DNA of 64,000 bases from Cyanophyceae cyanobacterium (GTDB taxonomy: Bacteria > Cyanobacteriota > Cyanobacteriia > Cyanobacteriales > Laspinemataceae), in NCBI GenBank assembly GCA_038321985.1, contig JBBQFN010000007.1, forward strand, positions 1 to 64,000, in the 5' to 3' direction. How positions within the stretch are numbered: position 1 is the stretch's first letter; every line of letters starts with the position of its first letter. A program made the position numbers and the translations under genes. Positions 9,228-20,990 of the stretch are shown here, in pieces. The notes below the pieces were generated by a model that was not told where the DNA came from, did not search any database, and saw nothing but the letters and a program-made list of their open reading frames with translations.

Positions 9228-11438
9228 TTAACCCACCAACTCAGCCCCGCGCTTTGCTAACGCTTCCGAAGTCAACCCGTTGAACTCCATGATTTGTGTA
9301 GCACTGGCCGTGGTTTCTCCGCGCTTCCAGGCAAAGACATCTCGCTTGGCGGTACTGCGTAACATAATCGGTTCTAGCATTCCGGACGCACCCCCGGTAA
9401 CACCAATTAAGGCATCGCCGTTAAACAGTTTCTCGAACCCCGCATCATCCAAGAAATTGCCATCGGCTTGAGAACAGGTATCCCAGGCGATATCATGAGC
9501 ACGATACAACCGCCGTGGACTCACAATGGATACAATCTTAGACCCAATTCCTTGAGCTTTCAATTTCTCCGCTGCGTCATACACGGGAATCAAGGTCATG
9601 TCTCCAATTACCGCAAAGACAACGGTTTTGTCTCCGGGGGTTTCTTGGAGTACGAGTGCCCCATCCTGTAAAGCTTGTTGGGCCTGCTCAAAGGTGGTAC
9701 GAATCGGTAACGGGCTTTTACTCGCCGTAATCACAATCCCTTTATTTTTCGTTGTTAACGCCCAATCGTAACAGACTTGGATGCTGTTAGAGTCCGGGGG
9801 AAACAAGGGAAAAATATTGCCGTTTCGCATCATGGCGGCAAAGTAGTTCTCGATTTCGGGTCGCTGATGGGTCCAACCATTGCGCCCCTGTTCTAAGGCA
9901 CCGGCTGTATATAATGTGACTGTACTCGGGGTGGGACGGCGTAATTCAGCCATCGCTTGGGTGACGGTTTGCCAAATAGGGAGGCCATTGACGGCAAAGG
10001 ATTCGTAGGAACACCAGAGGGTGCGAGCGCCAAATAGGGCTAACGCTGCTGCTAATCCGGCACAGGCGTCTTCGCTTAACGGTTCATAAACTTGTCCCTT
10101 GGGTCCTTGAAAATAGGCGTCGTCTAGGGTGGGGTGAATAATCTTGAGGGCAACGTTGATGTTGTTAATGCCGGAAGCGGCATTACCATCGGCGTTGGTG
10201 ATGACAAATTGTGGGTCTTTTTTACCAACGTAGGCAACGAGTTCTCCCATTGCAGTCGTGGCGATTTGGTTCTCCCCGATCGCATATTCATTTAGGGGAA
10301 GTTTGCCTAAGTCGGGGAGGGCTAACTCAAATTCGGTTTTAACAATGCTGGCGGCAGGTCCCCCAGCAGCCCGCTCAAAGTTGGTGCGAACCAGTTCCCA
10401 GGCTTCTGGACTCAGGGCGCGGGTTTGGAGGGCGCTGATGATTTCCTCGTTATCAAGGGTGTGATGTCCATACAGGTTATGGGATTTGGCTCCCAGAGCA
10501 TGGACTCCGGCCCCTTTGAGTTGTTTGATAATCAGGACGGTGAGTTTGCCTCCTAGGGCGGATTTGGCGGCTTTGTCCGTGGCTTCAATGACGGCTTGGG
10601 CAAATTCTAGCCGTTTCTCGAAGGAAAATGCAGTGCTATCGACGTATTCACCGGCTTGGTTGGCGTCGTCGTAGTCTTTGGCGTTAACGAGGATGATTTC
10701 CTGGAAGCCGTTACCTTCCCAGTATTTAATCATCTCTGCGTTCGGTTTCGTGGACACCATGCTGTGATGTTCCTGGGAATACCCATTCCAAACCAGAATG
10801 GGCAGGAAGTTGGTCACCTCGGGATAGGCGGTGTGGAAGTGCGCCATGCTACTCATAATGTAGGGTTCACCGAGTCCTCCGTCGCCGATGGTGACGGGGA
10901 AGAGGATATCCCGGTGCAGGAGTGCGGCTGCCATTGCGAAGTGCTGCCCTTGTCCCAGGGGTCCGGCAGGGCTAAGGAGTCCAGGGATTTGTCCCGAGAG
11001 GTGGCCCAGGAGTCCTTTGTGCTCCCGGAAGCGATCGCGCATTTGTTGGACGTTATGGATGCCCATTTCCTCTAAGGAGCGATCGAGGAACATATTACTG
11101 TAGAAGCCGGGGGCATGGTGTCCAACTTCGGTAATGATGTTTTTGTGACCCAGCATAACTAGGGCGGCGATTCCCTCGGCAACGCTGGCAAATCCGCCGG
11201 GGTGTCCGGAGGCTTTAGAGGCGGTAACTTGCAAGATTAGGTAGCGCAGGGCATCGGCTGCTAAGAGGGTCTGGTAGGCAGCAGATTGATCGGGCGGTGA
11301 GGCGATCGCTTTCTTGCCGGTGGCGATCGCCGGTTCCTTGCCGTAACGGTCAAAATCCGGCCACTGTTCGCCAAAATATTGAATGCCCTCACAAAACGTA
11401 GGCGTCTTTGCCGGTGCTGATGGAATTTGGGTAGTCAT
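9228..11438 (-). CDS. Phosphoketolase/transketolase-like TPP enzyme
   Basis: SGHPGG, GPLGQG, TPP motif GDGG, EQGRNGWTHQRP. Confidence 0.85.
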   Translation of the reverse strand: MTTQIPSAPAKTPTFCEGIQYFGEQWPDFDRYGKEPAIATGKKAIASPPDQSAAYQTLLAADALRYLILQVTASKASGHPGGFASVAEGIAALVMLGHKNIITEVGHHAPGFYSNMFLDRSLEEMGIHNVQQMRDRFREHKGLLGHLSGQIPGLLSPAGPLGQGQHFAMAAALLHRDILFPVTIGDGGLGEPYIMSSMAHFHTAYPEVTNFLPILVWNGYSQEHHSMVSTKPNAEMIKYWEGNGFQEIILVNAKDYDDANQAGEYVDSTAFSFEKRLEFAQAVIEATDKAAKSALGGKLTVLIIKQLKGAGVHALGAKSHNLYGHHTLDNEEIISALQTRALSPEAWELVRTNFERAAGGPAASIVKTEFELALPDLGKLPLNEYAIGENQIATTAMGELVAYVGKKDPQFVITNADGNAASGINNINVALKIIHPTLDDAYFQGPKGQVYEPLSEDACAGLAAALALFGARTLWCSYESFAVNGLPIWQTVTQAMAELRRPTPSTVTLYTAGALEQGRNGWTHQRPEIENYFAAMMRNGNIFPLFPPDSNSIQVCYDWALTTKNKGIVITASKSPLPIRTTFEQAQQALQDGALVLQETPGDKTVVFAVIGDMTLIPVYDAAEKLKAQGIGSKIVSIVSPRRLYRAHDIAWDTCSQADGNFLDDAGFEKLFNGDALIGVTGGASGMLEPIMLRSTAKRDVFAWKRGETTASATQIMEFNGLTSEALAKRGAELVG

Positions 11439-11753
11439 GCCTATTTTTTAACCTCTATGAAATTGTATTCCTTGCATTTTTACAATTATTTCACAAATTT
11501 ACCCCCGGGTTTACAGGTTTCACAACCTTTTTGTTGTTCAAGTCGATAGTTTCTACTTTAGGTAACTATAAACAAACTGAGGCGATCGCGGCGTAGTATG
11601 CTATCATACAACTAAACTCATACCCCTGAGCCATTACTCTTTTTCAACGTGAGATAAAGGAAACCAATCGCCTTACCCCGGGGAACAAACAAGGCGATGA
11701 AAAATTGGCTAAGATACAAACAAAACCACAATTTTGTACGCAGGAGTGCTCTC

Positions 11754-13118
11754 GTGAAACTACCAGATGGTCCGGCGAATCACCCTTTTTTGCAGCTACT
11801 TCAATGGATTAGCGACCCCCTCGGTTATATGAATGCTTGCGCCGAGAAATATGGAGATATATTTACCGTGCGATGGGGTAACAGAACGTTAGTCATGGTG
11901 AGCAATCCCCAAGCCATAGAAAAAATCCTGACCAGTGATGCATTCGCTGCACCCGGTGAAGTGAACGAGGTTGTCAGACCTTTACTGGGAGATAACTCGT
12001 TGATTTTGCTGAGTGGAACAAAGCATCAGCAACGGCGCAAGCTATTGATGCCACCGTTTCATGGGGAACGGATGCGGAATTACGGGCAGTTGATTAGTGC
12101 GATCGCCCAGCAAGTGAGCAGCCAATGGAGCGCCCCTGAGCCGTTTATCCTGGAAAGCTCTATGCAAGAAATTACCATGCGCGTTATCTTGCAAGCGGTC
12201 TTTGGATTAAATGAAGGGCCGCGCTTAGAACAACTCCGGCAACGCCTAGTAGCGCGACTGGATATCAGAAAGACGCTGCTAGGCTCCAGCATGATTTTCT
12301 TGCCATTCCTGCGCCGAGATTGGGGGCCGTGGAGTCCGGGAGCACAAGCCATCCAAAAACAGAAGCAAGTTGATGACCTGATTTATGAGGAAATTCGAGA
12401 TCGCCGTGCCAACCCCGACCCTAATCGCAGCGATATCCTAAATTTGTTGTTATCCGCCCGTGATGAAGCCGGTGAGGGACTCACCGATATCGAGCTACGG
12501 GATGAACTCATGACCCTATTAGTGGCTGGTCATGAAACGACGGCAAGTGCTTTGTCCTGGGCATTTTATTGGATTCATAAAATTCCTTCCATCCGCGAAA
12601 AATTGCTGGAAGAACTGGATCGTCTGGGGGACAATCCAGACCCCATGGATATTTTTCGTCTCCCTTATTTAACCGCAGTCTGTCAAGAAACCTTGCGAAT
12701 TTATCCCGTTGCCATGGTCACTTTTCCTCGGGTGGTACAAGCCCCTGTGGAGATTATGGGATACTCATTAGAACCGGGGTTACAAATGATCGGCTCAATT
12801 TATTTGACTCATCGCCGTGAGGACTTATACCCTGAGCCGCATTTATTTAAACCGGAGCGTTTCTTAGAACGGCAATTCTCACCTTATGAATATATGCCTT
12901 TCGGAGGTGGCAGCCGTCGTTGTATCGGGATGGCATTAGCACAGTATGAACTGAAGTTAGTCTTAGCCACGATTCTATCTCGCACTGAGTTAGCCTTAGC
13001 CGAAACAGAACCCGTCAAACCAAAGCGGCGGGGGGTCCTATTAGCGCCAGGAAGCGGGGTCTGGATGAGGGCAGTCTCCCCGCGCCAAAAAGCCTTGTCA
13101 GGTGCTGTTGCTGTATAA
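11754..13118 (+). CDS. Cytochrome P450 (CYP110-like)
   Basis: AGHETT, ETLR, PERF, heme motif FGGGSRRCIG. GTG start after AGGAG. Confidence 0.95.
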   Translation: MKLPDGPANHPFLQLLQWISDPLGYMNACAEKYGDIFTVRWGNRTLVMVSNPQAIEKILTSDAFAAPGEVNEVVRPLLGDNSLILLSGTKHQQRRKLLMPPFHGERMRNYGQLISAIAQQVSSQWSAPEPFILESSMQEITMRVILQAVFGLNEGPRLEQLRQRLVARLDIRKTLLGSSMIFLPFLRRDWGPWSPGAQAIQKQKQVDDLIYEEIRDRRANPDPNRSDILNLLLSARDEAGEGLTDIELRDELMTLLVAGHETTASALSWAFYWIHKIPSIREKLLEELDRLGDNPDPMDIFRLPYLTAVCQETLRIYPVAMVTFPRVVQAPVEIMGYSLEPGLQMIGSIYLTHRREDLYPEPHLFKPERFLERQFSPYEYMPFGGGSRRCIGMALAQYELKLVLATILSRTELALAETEPVKPKRRGVLLAPGSGVWMRAVSPRQKALSGAVAV

Positions 13119-13128
13119 CAAAAGAACG

Positions 13129-13182
13129 GAAAAAGGTTGAAGCTAAGACATTAATTCAGTGTTTCGCACTTCAACCTTTTTC
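13129..13182. terminator. Probable bidirectional terminator between convergent genes
   Basis: 14-bp IR GAAAAAGGTTGAAG / CTTCAACCTTTTTC. Confidence 0.6.
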
Positions 13183-13204
13183 ATTTTTATCGCGCGATCG
13201 CGCT

Positions 13205-14254
13205 TCACTTCACCTCAATTTGGCGACTGAGATCCAGCAGAACCTCACTCCCTCGGGTCAGTTTATACTCTCCGGTCCAAATTCCCGGGGTAATCGGTCG
13301 TTCTGGATTGTTGCGTTTGCCTACATAACCCATCCAGGTTTTACTGGGGGAGTTAATTTCTTTTTGGTCTTCGGCGATCGTCTCTCCGTTCGGTGCAATT
13401 AGCTTAAACTGATAGGTATCTCCTTCTAGAACTCCGTATAGGTGAACCCAGAATAAAAGTGCTGGAATCTCTTTATCCAGAACACTTTCCGGGAAATTCC
13501 CTTCCCACAAATCATTCATGGCCGGGGGTGTATCGGCAAAACCCGCATTAATCACTCCGGTGGGTTTGTATTCCAGAGGCATGGACCAAAGGGGACTGCG
13601 GGCGACCTGACAACCTGGCCCTGCTTCGGGACCGACAAAGGGATCAACCACTTCTCCTTGATACAAGGCGGTGATATGGACGTGAGGGAAAGATGCGGCC
13701 CCAGAAGCGCCTACCATTCCCAAAACTGTACCTGTATCCACCTTCGTTCCCGGAGTCACTACAACGCTACCATTCCGGAGGTGACAGTATTGGGTTTCCC
13801 ACCCGTTGCCGTGATCGATGAAAATGCCGTTTCCACATTCTCGACCATTGAGTGCTTCCACTTGCTTCGGGTCCGTAATCAGGCGATCGCTGACCCCATC
13901 CCGGACCCGGAGAACTGTCCCGGGGGCTGAGGCGATAACAGGGACTCCGGCTTTCATTCTGTCCAGGTTGGCAATACCAAAATCGGTGCCTTTGTGACCA
14001 TTGTAGGTTTGGCGTCCACAGCCAAAATCAATTTCTCCGGGTCCTGGATCGCGGTCGGGATAGAGCAAAATGAAGCAATCGTCGTCTAAGGTGCAATCGA
14101 TGGGGGGTTCCAATTGCAGGGAGTTGGCGGAGATCGCCGTTTCGGGAATGGGGGATTGCGCCCAATTGGGGCGATCGAACCCAATCCAATGTCCAGCAAC
14201 CGCGATCGCGAATGCCAAGAGAATTGTGGCAATTATTTTTGGTTTTCTTAACAT
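13205..14254 (-). CDS. M23 family metallopeptidase (secreted)
   Basis: Signal peptide, HKGTD, YCHL, HVH motifs. Start placed at MLRKPK. Confidence 0.9.
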   Translation of the reverse strand: MLRKPKIIATILLAFAIAVAGHWIGFDRPNWAQSPIPETAISANSLQLEPPIDCTLDDDCFILLYPDRDPGPGEIDFGCGRQTYNGHKGTDFGIANLDRMKAGVPVIASAPGTVLRVRDGVSDRLITDPKQVEALNGRECGNGIFIDHGNGWETQYCHLRNGSVVVTPGTKVDTGTVLGMVGASGAASFPHVHITALYQGEVVDPFVGPEAGPGCQVARSPLWSMPLEYKPTGVINAGFADTPPAMNDLWEGNFPESVLDKEIPALLFWVHLYGVLEGDTYQFKLIAPNGETIAEDQKEINSPSKTWMGYVGKRNNPERPITPGIWTGEYKLTRGSEVLLDLSRQIEVK

Positions 14255-14467
14255 AATTGAGGGTGGAGTTTCTATAGAGGTGGTCAAAATAGACGCAGCA
14301 GAGGCGATCGCAGTTTCACGGGCGATCGGCCTCTTTCTCATTGTAGACAACCCCTGTGATAGGCACTTCAGTTTAATGATTTGGAATAACAACTTCAGTC
14401 GTGACCCATACCCAGAAGATAGGGGAAATTTATAAATTCCCCCTACAGCCTGCATTCCGAACCTCTA

Positions 14468-14573
14468 TATAGCATTCCTAAATGATTTATAACATCTGTC
14501 TTCTCCCCTCTCCCGTTCTGGGAGAGGGGTTGGGGGTGAGGGTCCATTCCACAACTGATTTAGGATTGCTATA
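14468..14573. mobile_element. MITE-like element enclosing a short palindromic repeat
   Basis: 16-bp terminal IR TATAGCATTCCTAAAT / ATTTAGGATTGCTATA (1 mismatch). Internal CCCCTCTCCC..GGGAGAGGGG. Confidence 0.65.
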
Positions 14574-14581
14574 GTCGGATT

Positions 14582-17419
14582 CTATTTCCCGAGGACAAAA
14601 TTCACCAACTTACCCGGAACCACGATCACCTTTTTAATCTCCTGATCTGCAATATATTTTTGAGCAATTTCTGACCCTCGGGCGTATTGTTCCAACTCCT
14701 CCCGACTCGCTTTTGATGGCACTTGAATTGTTCCTCGGGTTTTGCCGCTAATTTGAATCACTAAGGTGACTTCATCCACCACCAACGCATCCAAATCCAC
14801 CGACGGCCAGGATTGTTCATGGACTGAGGTTTTATGCCCAATCTCTTGCCACAATTCCTCTGCAATATGTGGTGCAAACGGGGCCAACAAAATCAGTAAC
14901 CTGTTAATTCCTTCAGTATAAATGGCGGATTTTTTGCAATCTGCATCATTCAAAGCATTACTGAGTTTCATCAATTCGGAGACTGCGGTATTAAACTGAT
15001 ACTCTCCTTCTAAATCCTCCGTAATTTCTTTAATTGCCGTATGAATGGCACGGCGCAACTCTTTTTCAGCTTTGCTTAATTCCCCTTTTACCTGTTTGCC
15101 CGGAGTAGATTCAGCAAACTCAGTTACTAATCGCCAAACACGGTTTAAAAAGCGGAATTGACCCTCAACATCCGCATCTTCCCATTCCAAATCTTTCTCG
15201 GGTGGTGCTTTAAATAGAATAAACATCCGCGCGGTATCTGCACCATATTTTGCCAGCACTTCTAAGGGGTCAACACCGTTATGTTTTGATTTGGACATCT
15301 TCTCATAGAAGACTTGTAAGGGTTCTCCGGTTTCTGGATCTTTGGGGTCGCTAGCATTGACTTGGGCCGAGGGAATGTATTTACCAGTTTCGGGATTTTT
15401 ATAGGTTAATCCCTGGACCATGCCCTGAGTTAGCAGGCGTTGAAAAGGTTCCCCAAAATTGAATAACCCTCGGTCTCTCAAAACTTTGGTAAAGAATCGG
15501 GAATAGAGTAAATGCAAAATGGCGTGTTCAATCCCACCCACATATTGATCCACCGGCAACCAATCATTCACCTGGTTGGTATCAAAGGCTTTTTCGCTAT
15601 TTTTGGCATCCGGATAGCGCAGGAAATACCAGGATGAATCGATAAAGGTGTCCATCGTATCGGTTTCTCGCTTTGCCGGTTCTCCACAACTGGGACAAGG
15701 TACATTGACCCAACTTTCTAACTGGGATAAGGGGGAAAGTCCACGTCCAGAAAAGGCAACATCTTCGGGTAATTGCACGGGCAAATCTTGGTCCGGAACT
15801 GGGACTGCGCCGCAACTGGGACAATGAATCACCGGAATCGGCGCACCCCAATATCGTTGTCTGGAAATTAACCAATCTCTGAGGCGATATTGCACCCGCG
15901 CTTTACCCCATCCTTGTCTTTCGGCATGGTTGATAATTTCGGTTTTAGCTAAGGTCGATTCCAGGCCGTTAAAAAGCTCGGAATTTATCACAATTCCCGG
16001 TTCGGTATATGCCTCTTTTAAGGGTTTGACTGTCTCTTGTTTATCAATTTTTTCTTGTTGAAGTTGAACTTCAGCTTTATCCCAGTTTTCCTGTGCATTT
16101 GTATGGCCCGTTTGCTGATAAATCTGATACGCACGTTGTTGCTTGGCTTCTTCTGATATCCCGCAACTGAGATCCATCTTGACCCGTGCTTCATAAGTTA
16201 GCTGAACTTCAGCTTTATCCCAGTTTTCCTGTGCATTTGTATGGCCCGTTTGCTGGTAAATCTGATAGGCACGTTGTTGCTTGGCTTCTTCTGAAATATT
16301 AATATCTATTTTAGATAATTCCGAAGAAACAATCACTGATTTAATTCCGAGGTTATTCTCTCGGGCAAATTTGAAATCTCGGGCATCATGGGCGGGAACT
16401 CCCATCACTGCGCCAGTCCCATATTCATAAAGGACATAATCGGCAATCCAAATAGGAATTTCTTCCCCCGTAAAGGGGTTAATCGCGGTTCCTCCGGTAC
16501 TCATGCCACGTTTGGGCTTATCGTCCGCAGTCCGTTCTAATTCGCTTTGGTTGCTGACTTCTTGAATAAAGGATTTAACCGCAGCTAAGCGGTCTGGGGT
16601 GGTAACTTTTTGGGTGAGGGGATGTTCCGGGGCTAAAACTAGATAAGTGACGCCGTAAACCGTATCGGGACGAGTGGTAAAGACGGCAATTTTCTCTGTA
16701 CTCTCAACAATTGAAAATTCTAAATAAGCGCCGACAGATTTACCAATCCAGTTGGCTTGCATTAGTTTAACCCGTTCCGGCCAACCCGTTAATTGGTCGA
16801 GGTCCGTGAGTAATTGTTCAGCATAATCGGTAATTTTGAAAAACCACTGTTTGAGCAATTTTCGTTCAACTTTAGCCCCCGATCGCCAGGACCGACCCTC
16901 GTTATCAACTTGTTCATTAGCGAGAACGGTTTGGTCGATGGGGTCCCAGTTGACTGCTGCTTCTTTTTGATAGGCAAGTCCAGCATTAAAAAACTGCAGA
17001 AATATCCACTGGGTCCACTTGTAATAATCGGGGGAACAGGTGGCGATTTCTCTAGTCCAATCGAAGGCAATTCCCAGACGTTCGAGTTGCTGTTTCATCT
17101 GGGCGATATTTTGATAGGTCCATTTCGCCGGATGAATCCCGCGTTCAATGGCGGCATTTTCTGCCGGGAGACCAAAGGCATCCCATCCCATGGGATTGAG
17201 GACGCGATACCCTTGCATTCGCTTGAGACGGCCAATCACATCGGTGATGGTGTAGACTCGGACATGGCCCATGTGCAAGTTTCCGGAGGGGTAGGGAAAC
17301 ATGGACAAGGCATAAAATTTAGGGCGATCGCGGGTTTCGGGGGTTTGATATAAATGGCGTTCCGCCCAGGTTTGTTGCCACTTTTCCTCCAGGGATGCGG
17401 GATTATAACGGGATTCCAT
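14582..17419 (-). CDS. leuS: Leucine--tRNA ligase with a duplicated insertion
   Basis: [38 protein letters not shown]. Confidence 0.97.
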   Translation of the reverse strand: MESRYNPASLEEKWQQTWAERHLYQTPETRDRPKFYALSMFPYPSGNLHMGHVRVYTITDVIGRLKRMQGYRVLNPMGWDAFGLPAENAAIERGIHPAKWTYQNIAQMKQQLERLGIAFDWTREIATCSPDYYKWTQWIFLQFFNAGLAYQKEAAVNWDPIDQTVLANEQVDNEGRSWRSGAKVERKLLKQWFFKITDYAEQLLTDLDQLTGWPERVKLMQANWIGKSVGAYLEFSIVESTEKIAVFTTRPDTVYGVTYLVLAPEHPLTQKVTTPDRLAAVKSFIQEVSNQSELERTADDKPKRGMSTGGTAINPFTGEEIPIWIADYVLYEYGTGAVMGVPAHDARDFKFARENNLGIKSVIVSSELSKIDINISEEAKQQRAYQIYQQTGHTNAQENWDKAEVQLTYEARVKMDLSCGISEEAKQQRAYQIYQQTGHTNAQENWDKAEVQLQQEKIDKQETVKPLKEAYTEPGIVINSELFNGLESTLAKTEIINHAERQGWGKARVQYRLRDWLISRQRYWGAPIPVIHCPSCGAVPVPDQDLPVQLPEDVAFSGRGLSPLSQLESWVNVPCPSCGEPAKRETDTMDTFIDSSWYFLRYPDAKNSEKAFDTNQVNDWLPVDQYVGGIEHAILHLLYSRFFTKVLRDRGLFNFGEPFQRLLTQGMVQGLTYKNPETGKYIPSAQVNASDPKDPETGEPLQVFYEKMSKSKHNGVDPLEVLAKYGADTARMFILFKAPPEKDLEWEDADVEGQFRFLNRVWRLVTEFAESTPGKQVKGELSKAEKELRRAIHTAIKEITEDLEGEYQFNTAVSELMKLSNALNDADCKKSAIYTEGINRLLILLAPFAPHIAEELWQEIGHKTSVHEQSWPSVDLDALVVDEVTLVIQISGKTRGTIQVPSKASREELEQYARGSEIAQKYIADQEIKKVIVVPGKLVNFVLGK
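16061..16297 (-). repeat. Two 99-bp in-frame copies (16061-16159, 16199-16297) encoding [33 protein letters not shown]
   Basis: Direct comparison: identical peptides, 5 synonymous differences. Confidence 0.95.
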
Positions 17420-17971
17420 GACAAAATCTCCTAACTAGATTGTTGAATCGGGTTTGCACCGATATTTTGACATACTGTTGTTAAAATTTGGAAAGGGGCT
17501 ATTGCTGAGTAGGGCGTCGCTAGTTCCCGCTTCCAATCCACTACTCAAGCCGGTATGCTACTATTTTCAGCATAAATTTTACCAGGGGGAGCATCTGGAA
17601 GCCGAAAATACGTCCGATGCTATATCGAAAAGCATTTACCATTGGGTCTAGATGTGGCATCGGCAGGCAACTGGATTTGCAGCATATCAGGGGCATGAAC
17701 TGCACGATAATTTGAAGCTGTCTTCAAATTAGGGGTGGGGGACGATGGGTGTTGCGTTAAAATCTTCACCTTTTTAAGAAAATCAAGGATTAATTTTTTC
17801 GCCTGTCTTTTGGAGAGGGTTCGAGAAAATTTAGTAGGGTTAAAATCGGTCCAGTTTAGGGGCGGTTCCCCTTGATTTTAAACGCGAGATCGTGCTGATG
17901 CCCTGCTTCGCGATCAGATGCATTGGGGTGCATTGGGGTAAAGCACAACGGGTTAATAGGAGGATTAACGA

Positions 17972-20899
17972 ATGACGTTCATTTTTGGGGATAATCAAGG
18001 GAATACTTTACTAGGCACTAATGACGACGATACGATCATTGGCGGTGATGGCAATGATTCTATTTTGGGCGAGGCTGGAAATGACCTGCTGTTTGGAGGT
18101 GGGGGAAATGATACCTTAATCGGTGGTCCAGGTGGGGATATTTTTGTACTCGGATTGGGAACCGATACAATTGTCAATTTTCAAAAAGGAGTTGATAAAC
18201 TTGCCATTTCTGGCAATCTCCAATTGACCCAAATTCGTCTAGAACCAATTTTTGAAGACACCGATACACGCAATCCGAATCAGGCGGTAATCGGAACTCA
18301 ATTAGTGGTAGAACAGAATGGTTCTCTTTCGGTGATTGCTGAGGTATTTGGGTCGCTTAATTTGGATGCCACGGATATTTTAAGCACCACCTTAAACCCG
18401 ATCGCCAGTATCGTAGAGTTTAGCGCCCCGACTGTCATAGTTCAGGAGGGGGTTCCCAGTGCCGAAGTGAGTTTAATTCGGACGGGAAACCTGAATGAGT
18501 CGGCCAGTGTTACAGTGCTTCCCACAAATGGCACGGCGATCGCCTCAGAAGATTACATCGGGGGTTCTCGGGTTGTCAACTTTGCGGCAGGACAATCTCA
18601 GGCAGTCGTCATAATTCCAATTATTGATGATAATATCGTCGAACCCACGGAAACGCTCAATTTAAGTTTAGTTAATCCCACGCAGAATCTGGGAGTTGGA
18701 GGGCAATCCCAATCCACCCTGGCAATTCTGGATAATGATGTGACGATCGCTTTTAGTGACCAAACGTTTACGGTAAATGAGGATGGCGAGGCACTCGCAA
18801 CGGTAACCTTGGTCCGAACTGGCATCCTTGACCGGGCGGTGGGGGCAACAATCAGCCTTTCCCCAGGAACGGCAACGACTGATGATTTCAATCCCCTCCC
18901 GATTCCGGTGAATTTTGCCCCGGGTGAAACCATACAAACTATCACCATTCCCATTGTTAATGATTTAGTTGCCGAAGTCGAGGAAACCCTGGGATTGTCC
19001 TTAACTGCGCCGACGGGGGGTGCAACTTTAGGCACTCCAAATACGGCAAGTTTAACCATTCTGGACAATGATATCACGGTACAGTTCAGTCAAACGAACT
19101 TTGGGGTGAGGGAAAACGGTACCCCTATTACGCCAATCACCGTTACCCGAACGGGGGCGATTAATCGTCCGGTTACTGTTAATATCGAACTAAATCCGGA
19201 GACAGCAACCCCATCGCTAGATTACAATAATACTCCCATTTCGGTGAGCTTTTCTCCCGGAGAAACTACCCAAACGGTCTCTATTCCTGTGGTAAATGAT
19301 ACTCTGATAGAACCGGATGAAACCCTGGCGCTGGCCCTAGTTAATCCTACGGGAGGTGCAACCTTGGGAACCCCCAATACTGCCCGGTTTACGATCGCTG
19401 ACAACGATGCCGCCTTGCAGTTTTCTCGTCCCGATTTTAGTGGGGTCGAGGATGGCACCGCGATCGCGCCGGTGCAAGTCCAGCGGATAGGGTTTACAAA
19501 TATCCCCGTTGGTGTCACCATTGGCTTAAGCGATGGCACAGCAACCGCGCCTTTGGATTACGATCCGACGCCGATTACCCTAGACTTTGCGCCGGGAGAA
19601 ATCATTCAAACTGTGCAAATTCCGACGGTGGATGATGACACCATAGAACCGGATGAAACAATCAATCTGGCCTTAGTCAATCCCACGGATGGCGCAACCC
19701 TAACCGAACCCAGTACCGCAGCTTTCACCGTTGTAGATAATGACGTTCTCTTACAATTTAGTACACCTAACTTTGTAGTTAATGAGGATGGAACGGCGAT
19801 CGCACCCGTTACCCTCATCCGGGAGGGTCAACTGGATCGCGCCTTTTCCGTTGCGATCGCCCTCACTGATGGCACCGCCACCGCTTCCTTAGATTATAAT
19901 AATCCCCCAATTCTAGTAAACTTTGCTCCCGGAGAAACTCTTCAAACCGTAGCGGTTCCCCTTATAAATGACGCCGAAAGCGAACCCGCAGAAACCCTCC
20001 AATTAACCCTAACCAATCCCAGCGAAGGGGCAAGAATTGGTCCGCAAAATGCAGCGAATTTGGCAATTTTAGACAATGATATTCGCTTAGAATTTAGTAG
20101 TCCAACTTTTACGATAGAGGAAGATGGAACAGCCACCCTTGCCGTAACCGTAACCCGCGCTGGAGGACTTCATCTCCCTGCTGGTGCGACCCTTGTTTTA
20201 TCTGATGGCAGTGCCACTGCATCTTTGGATTACAATAATACCCCCATTCCCATCACATTTGCCCCCGAAGAAACCGTCCAAACCGTTACTATTCCTATCG
20301 TCAACGATGCGATCGTAGAAGTCACCGAAACCCTAAATCTAGCCTTAATCAATCCTACCGTAGGCGCGGCGATCGGCCCTCAAAGTAACGCTACCCTCGT
20401 CATTCCCCGTAACGATCAGCCTGCCTTACTCAACTTTGAAGGGGTAGAAAATTTAGACCCGGTGAGTGGATTTTACAGCGATCGCGGCATATCATTTTCC
20501 CCCAATGCCTTGGGAATCATCAGTACCGATGCCTTAGATGCCTTGGGACGTTCCGATGAATTGGGCGGAAATTTTGCCCCTCCACCCAGCGGTACAACTG
20601 CCCTCACCTACGGCGAAGACTCCGCGATCGTGATGAACGTAAACGGCGGATTTGACAATCAATTATCCTTCTTTTATGCCTCTCCCTTTGTCAATCACAC
20701 AGTCACCCTTTATGACGGCTTAGAAGCATCTGGAAATATCTTGGCATCAATTCCCTTATCCACAACTTCAGCCGGTTCCTTACCCCATGCTTATGGAGCA
20801 TTTGAACAGGTAATTCTCCCCTTTGCCGGAGTCGCCCGTTCCGTAAGTTTTGGGAATATTTCTAATAAACTAATCCTGGACGATATCTTCCTAGGATAA
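17972..20899 (+). CDS. RTX Ca-binding + six Calx-beta repeat surface protein
   Basis: N-terminal GGDGND/GGGGND repeats. Six F..GET...I.I.ND...E.ET..L.L.NP...I.DND units. Confidence 0.9.
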   Translation: MTFIFGDNQGNTLLGTNDDDTIIGGDGNDSILGEAGNDLLFGGGGNDTLIGGPGGDIFVLGLGTDTIVNFQKGVDKLAISGNLQLTQIRLEPIFEDTDTRNPNQAVIGTQLVVEQNGSLSVIAEVFGSLNLDATDILSTTLNPIASIVEFSAPTVIVQEGVPSAEVSLIRTGNLNESASVTVLPTNGTAIASEDYIGGSRVVNFAAGQSQAVVIIPIIDDNIVEPTETLNLSLVNPTQNLGVGGQSQSTLAILDNDVTIAFSDQTFTVNEDGEALATVTLVRTGILDRAVGATISLSPGTATTDDFNPLPIPVNFAPGETIQTITIPIVNDLVAEVEETLGLSLTAPTGGATLGTPNTASLTILDNDITVQFSQTNFGVRENGTPITPITVTRTGAINRPVTVNIELNPETATPSLDYNNTPISVSFSPGETTQTVSIPVVNDTLIEPDETLALALVNPTGGATLGTPNTARFTIADNDAALQFSRPDFSGVEDGTAIAPVQVQRIGFTNIPVGVTIGLSDGTATAPLDYDPTPITLDFAPGEIIQTVQIPTVDDDTIEPDETINLALVNPTDGATLTEPSTAAFTVVDNDVLLQFSTPNFVVNEDGTAIAPVTLIREGQLDRAFSVAIALTDGTATASLDYNNPPILVNFAPGETLQTVAVPLINDAESEPAETLQLTLTNPSEGARIGPQNAANLAILDNDIRLEFSSPTFTIEEDGTATLAVTVTRAGGLHLPAGATLVLSDGSATASLDYNNTPIPITFAPEETVQTVTIPIVNDAIVEVTETLNLALINPTVGAAIGPQSNATLVIPRNDQPALLNFEGVENLDPVSGFYSDRGISFSPNALGIISTDALDALGRSDELGGNFAPPPSGTTALTYGEDSAIVMNVNGGFDNQLSFFYASPFVNHTVTLYDGLEASGNILASIPLSTTSAGSLPHAYGAFEQVILPFAGVARSVSFGNISNKLILDDIFLG

Positions 20900-20990
20900 T
20901 TTTCCAAAACCGGCGATCGGGCGGACAAAGTTCTATAAAATCGTTACAATCAAGACTGCTGCACATTAAACGTTCGATAAGGAGTGCTAA

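Noticed and set aside
16040..16330. Intein or assembly artefact in leuS
   Set aside because: No intein terminal motifs, and the synonymous differences show the two copies are real.
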